In this document: positions 62,086 to 64,000 of the stretch, piece after piece
Position numbering within the stretch: position 1 is the first letter of the stretch
How the letters are laid out: the number at the start of each line of letters is the position of its first letter
Source of the DNA: an uncultured Gemmatimonadaceae bacterium
GTDB taxonomy: Bacteria; Gemmatimonadota; Gemmatimonadetes; Gemmatimonadales; Gemmatimonadaceae
Direction: 5' to 3'
Length of the DNA: 64,000 bases
Assembly: GCA_963822945.1 (NCBI GenBank)
Contig: CAWGJO010000004.1
Coordinates: 96,001 to 160,000, forward strand
Translations under genes and position numbers: made by a program
Notes under the pieces: generated by a model
The model's input: only the letters and a program-made list of their open reading frames with translations
The model's database searches: none
Told to the model about the DNA's origin: nothing

Positions 62086-63999
62086 TCACCATGCGATTCC
62101 GTAGTCCTCGCCGTGGTTGCTCGACGCGCCCCACATGGTGTGGTTCGTGGTGTCGAACATGATCGCGTTGATCGGGCCCGACGTGCGTCCGGCGAACCGG
62201 AGCGTGTAGCCCAGGAGTTCCAGCGCGCGCCGCGTGGAGTCCGGCAGGGAGGTGGCCACCAGCATCCGTCCGGGCTCGTTCTCGTGCAACCCGAACGACG
62301 ACCGCATCTGGTAGCTGTTGAAGTTCGGCGCCTCGGCGGCCTCCTGCGGCGTCATGCCGAACTCGACCACGTTCAGGAAGAACTGCAGCAGGTTCTGATC
62401 CTGCGAGTCGCCGCCCTGCACGGCGAAGGCCAGGAAGGGCTTCCCGTCTTTCAGGGCGAGAGTCGGCGTGAGTGTCACGCGCGGGCGTTGGCCCGGCTGG
62501 ATCACATTGTAGGGGCCGTCACTCGCGTACGTCACGAAGCTCTGCGCCCGCTCGCTGAGCCCGATGCCGCTGTGGCCCGCGATCACCGCCGGCACCCAGC
62601 CGCCGCTCGGCGTCACCGACACGACCCATCCCGCCGAGTCGGCGGAGACGATGGAGGTCGTGCCGTCGTAGAAGGCGGTGGTGAACGACGAGTCGGCACG
62701 GCTCGCGTGGTTGGGCAGGAACTCCAGCGGTCCCGACATGCGGCCCACGACGTTCGTGTCGCGCTTCACGGGGCGCACCAGGTCCTGCTCGCCGCCGACC
62801 GGACCCTGCTTGCCCGGCTCGAAGTTCAGCGGATTCCACTGCGCGAGCAGCGACGTGAACGGATTCGTGCCGCCCTGGAACGGATACGGGTTTCCCGGCT
62901 TCACCGTCGAGTCGTTGTGCGTCCAGTCGATCTCGTTGAATCGATGGCGGGCGTAGGCCTTGGACAGCAGTCCCTTCACGGGCTCGGCGGGCGGAAAGTA
63001 CGGATCGCCGTAATAGAAGTCGCGGTCGGCATACGCCAGGTTCATCACCTGGTAGAGCGTGTGGATGTACTGCGGGGAGTTGTAGCCCATCGCCTTCACG
63101 TTGGTGTCGGCGAGCATGTTCAACATCTGCAGCATCACCGGGCCCTGCTGCCAGATCGGGAGCTTGTAGACCTCGATGCCCTTGTAGTCGGTGCTCAGCG
63201 GCTGCTCGATGTGCACCTTCCAGTTGGCGAGGTCGGCCATCGTGAACAGGCCGCCCTCCTCGCGCATGCCGCGGACGATCTCGCGGGCGATGTCGCCCTT
63301 GTAGAACCGGTCGTAGGCGGCATAGATCGCCTGCTTGCGGGTCTTGCCGGCCTTGAGCGCCCGCTGCTCGGCGTCCACCAGCTTGCGCCAGGTGGCGGCG
63401 AGGTCGGGTTGGCGGAAGATCTCGCCGGCATAGGGGCCCGGGTGATCGGTGCCGGGGTGCGTGAACATCACCTCGCGCGAGTACTTCCACTGCGCGAGCG
63501 TGTCCTTGTAGAACTGGATCGTGTTGCAGATCTGTGCTTCGATGGCGTACCCGTCGGCCATCTGAATGGCGGGCGCCAGAATCTGCTTCAGCGACAGCGT
63601 GCCGTATTCGGCCTCCATCGTGAGCAGCCCGCCCACCGTGCCCGGAGTGACGGCGGCCAGCGGACCGTACTGCGGCGGGAAGCGATATCCCTTGCGGTGG
63701 TAATACGCGGCGGTCGCCCCGGTGGGCGCCACGCCCAGCGCGTCGATGCCGATCACCTTGTGCGTGTGGGGATTGTAGATGAGGGCCTGGGTTTCGCCGC
63801 CACACGAGAGTGTGTCCCACATCGTGCAGCCGGCGGCGAGCATCGCCGCCGCGGCATCGACGGCGTTGCCGCCCTCGGCGAAGATCAGCGCGCCGGCCGT
63901 GGCCGAGAGCGGCTTTCCGGTGATGGCGAGCCAGTGCTTGGCCATCAGCGGGGGCTTTTCCGTCTGGGAGTTGCGCGGATCCTCGGCCTGGCGCGGCTG
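62086..63999 (-). CDS. Gamma-glutamyltransferase family protein (5' partial)
   Basis: GGNAVDAA, PGTVGG, FYKGDIA, AYADRD, nucleophile GTTS, GGDSQDQ; the frame is open to the window end. Confidence 0.92.
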   Translation of the reverse strand, partial: QPRQAEDPRNSQTEKPPLMAKHWLAITGKPLSATAGALIFAEGGNAVDAAAAMLAAGCTMWDTLSCGGETQALIYNPHTHKVIGIDALGVAPTGATAAYYHRKGYRFPPQYGPLAAVTPGTVGGLLTMEAEYGTLSLKQILAPAIQMADGYAIEAQICNTIQFYKDTLAQWKYSREVMFTHPGTDHPGPYAGEIFRQPDLAATWRKLVDAEQRALKAGKTRKQAIYAAYDRFYKGDIAREIVRGMREEGGLFTMADLANWKVHIEQPLSTDYKGIEVYKLPIWQQGPVMLQMLNMLADTNVKAMGYNSPQYIHTLYQVMNLAYADRDFYYGDPYFPPAEPVKGLLSKAYARHRFNEIDWTHNDSTVKPGNPYPFQGGTNPFTSLLAQWNPLNFEPGKQGPVGGEQDLVRPVKRDTNVVGRMSGPLEFLPNHASRADSSFTTAFYDGTTSIVSADSAGWVVSVTPSGGWVPAVIAGHSGIGLSERAQSFVTYASDGPYNVIQPGQRPRVTLTPTLALKDGKPFLAFAVQGGDSQDQNLLQFFLNVVEFGMTPQEAAEAPNFNSYQMRSSFGLHENEPGRMLVATSLPDSTRRALELLGYTLRFAGRTSGPINAIMFDTTNHTMWGASSNHGEDYGIAW

Positions 64000-64000
64000 C

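Noticed and set aside
1..64000. CRISPR arrays, tRNA/rRNA, transposases, integrases, prophage or defence genes
   Set aside because: No spaced direct repeats, RNA-gene signatures or corresponding protein motifs were recognised by eye

Overview
High-GC (about 70% by eye) bacterial chromosome segment. Gene content suggests Gemmatimonadota (inference): M23-vWA-ftsY-recG order, many secreted peptidases and lipoproteins, and Gly/Arg-rich linkers. It holds about 43 genes: ftsY, recG, a di-heme cytochrome c peroxidase, an RND efflux operon, an MFP/ABC-permease/TolC operon, a ribose-type ABC transporter, many secreted peptidases (M1 x2, M13 x2, M14, M28, M23, a gluzincin, GGT), a hybrid histidine kinase, and a respiratory block (SCO, CtaG, Cyc2-like cytochrome-porin, cytochrome c, cydAB). 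Many genes carry indel frameshifts, very dense at about 8.9-10.95 kb and 19.2-23.0 kb, most likely long-read consensus errors. Two loci stand out. (1) 33.2-36.3 kb: CRP-like boxes precede a secreted ZU5-like lipoprotein ending in HF|SGYAIAY (possible autoproteolytic release of a 7-aa peptide) and a TPR-HD-GYP phosphodiesterase, convergent with an atypical Crp regulator; this is a candidate peptide-signalling/c-di-GMP module. (2) 56-62 kb: a Cyc2-like outer-membrane cytochrome-porin followed by a cytochrome c and cytochrome bd; this is a candidate extracellular electron-uptake/Fe(II)-oxidation module. I recognised no rRNA, tRNA, CRISPR array or mobile element.
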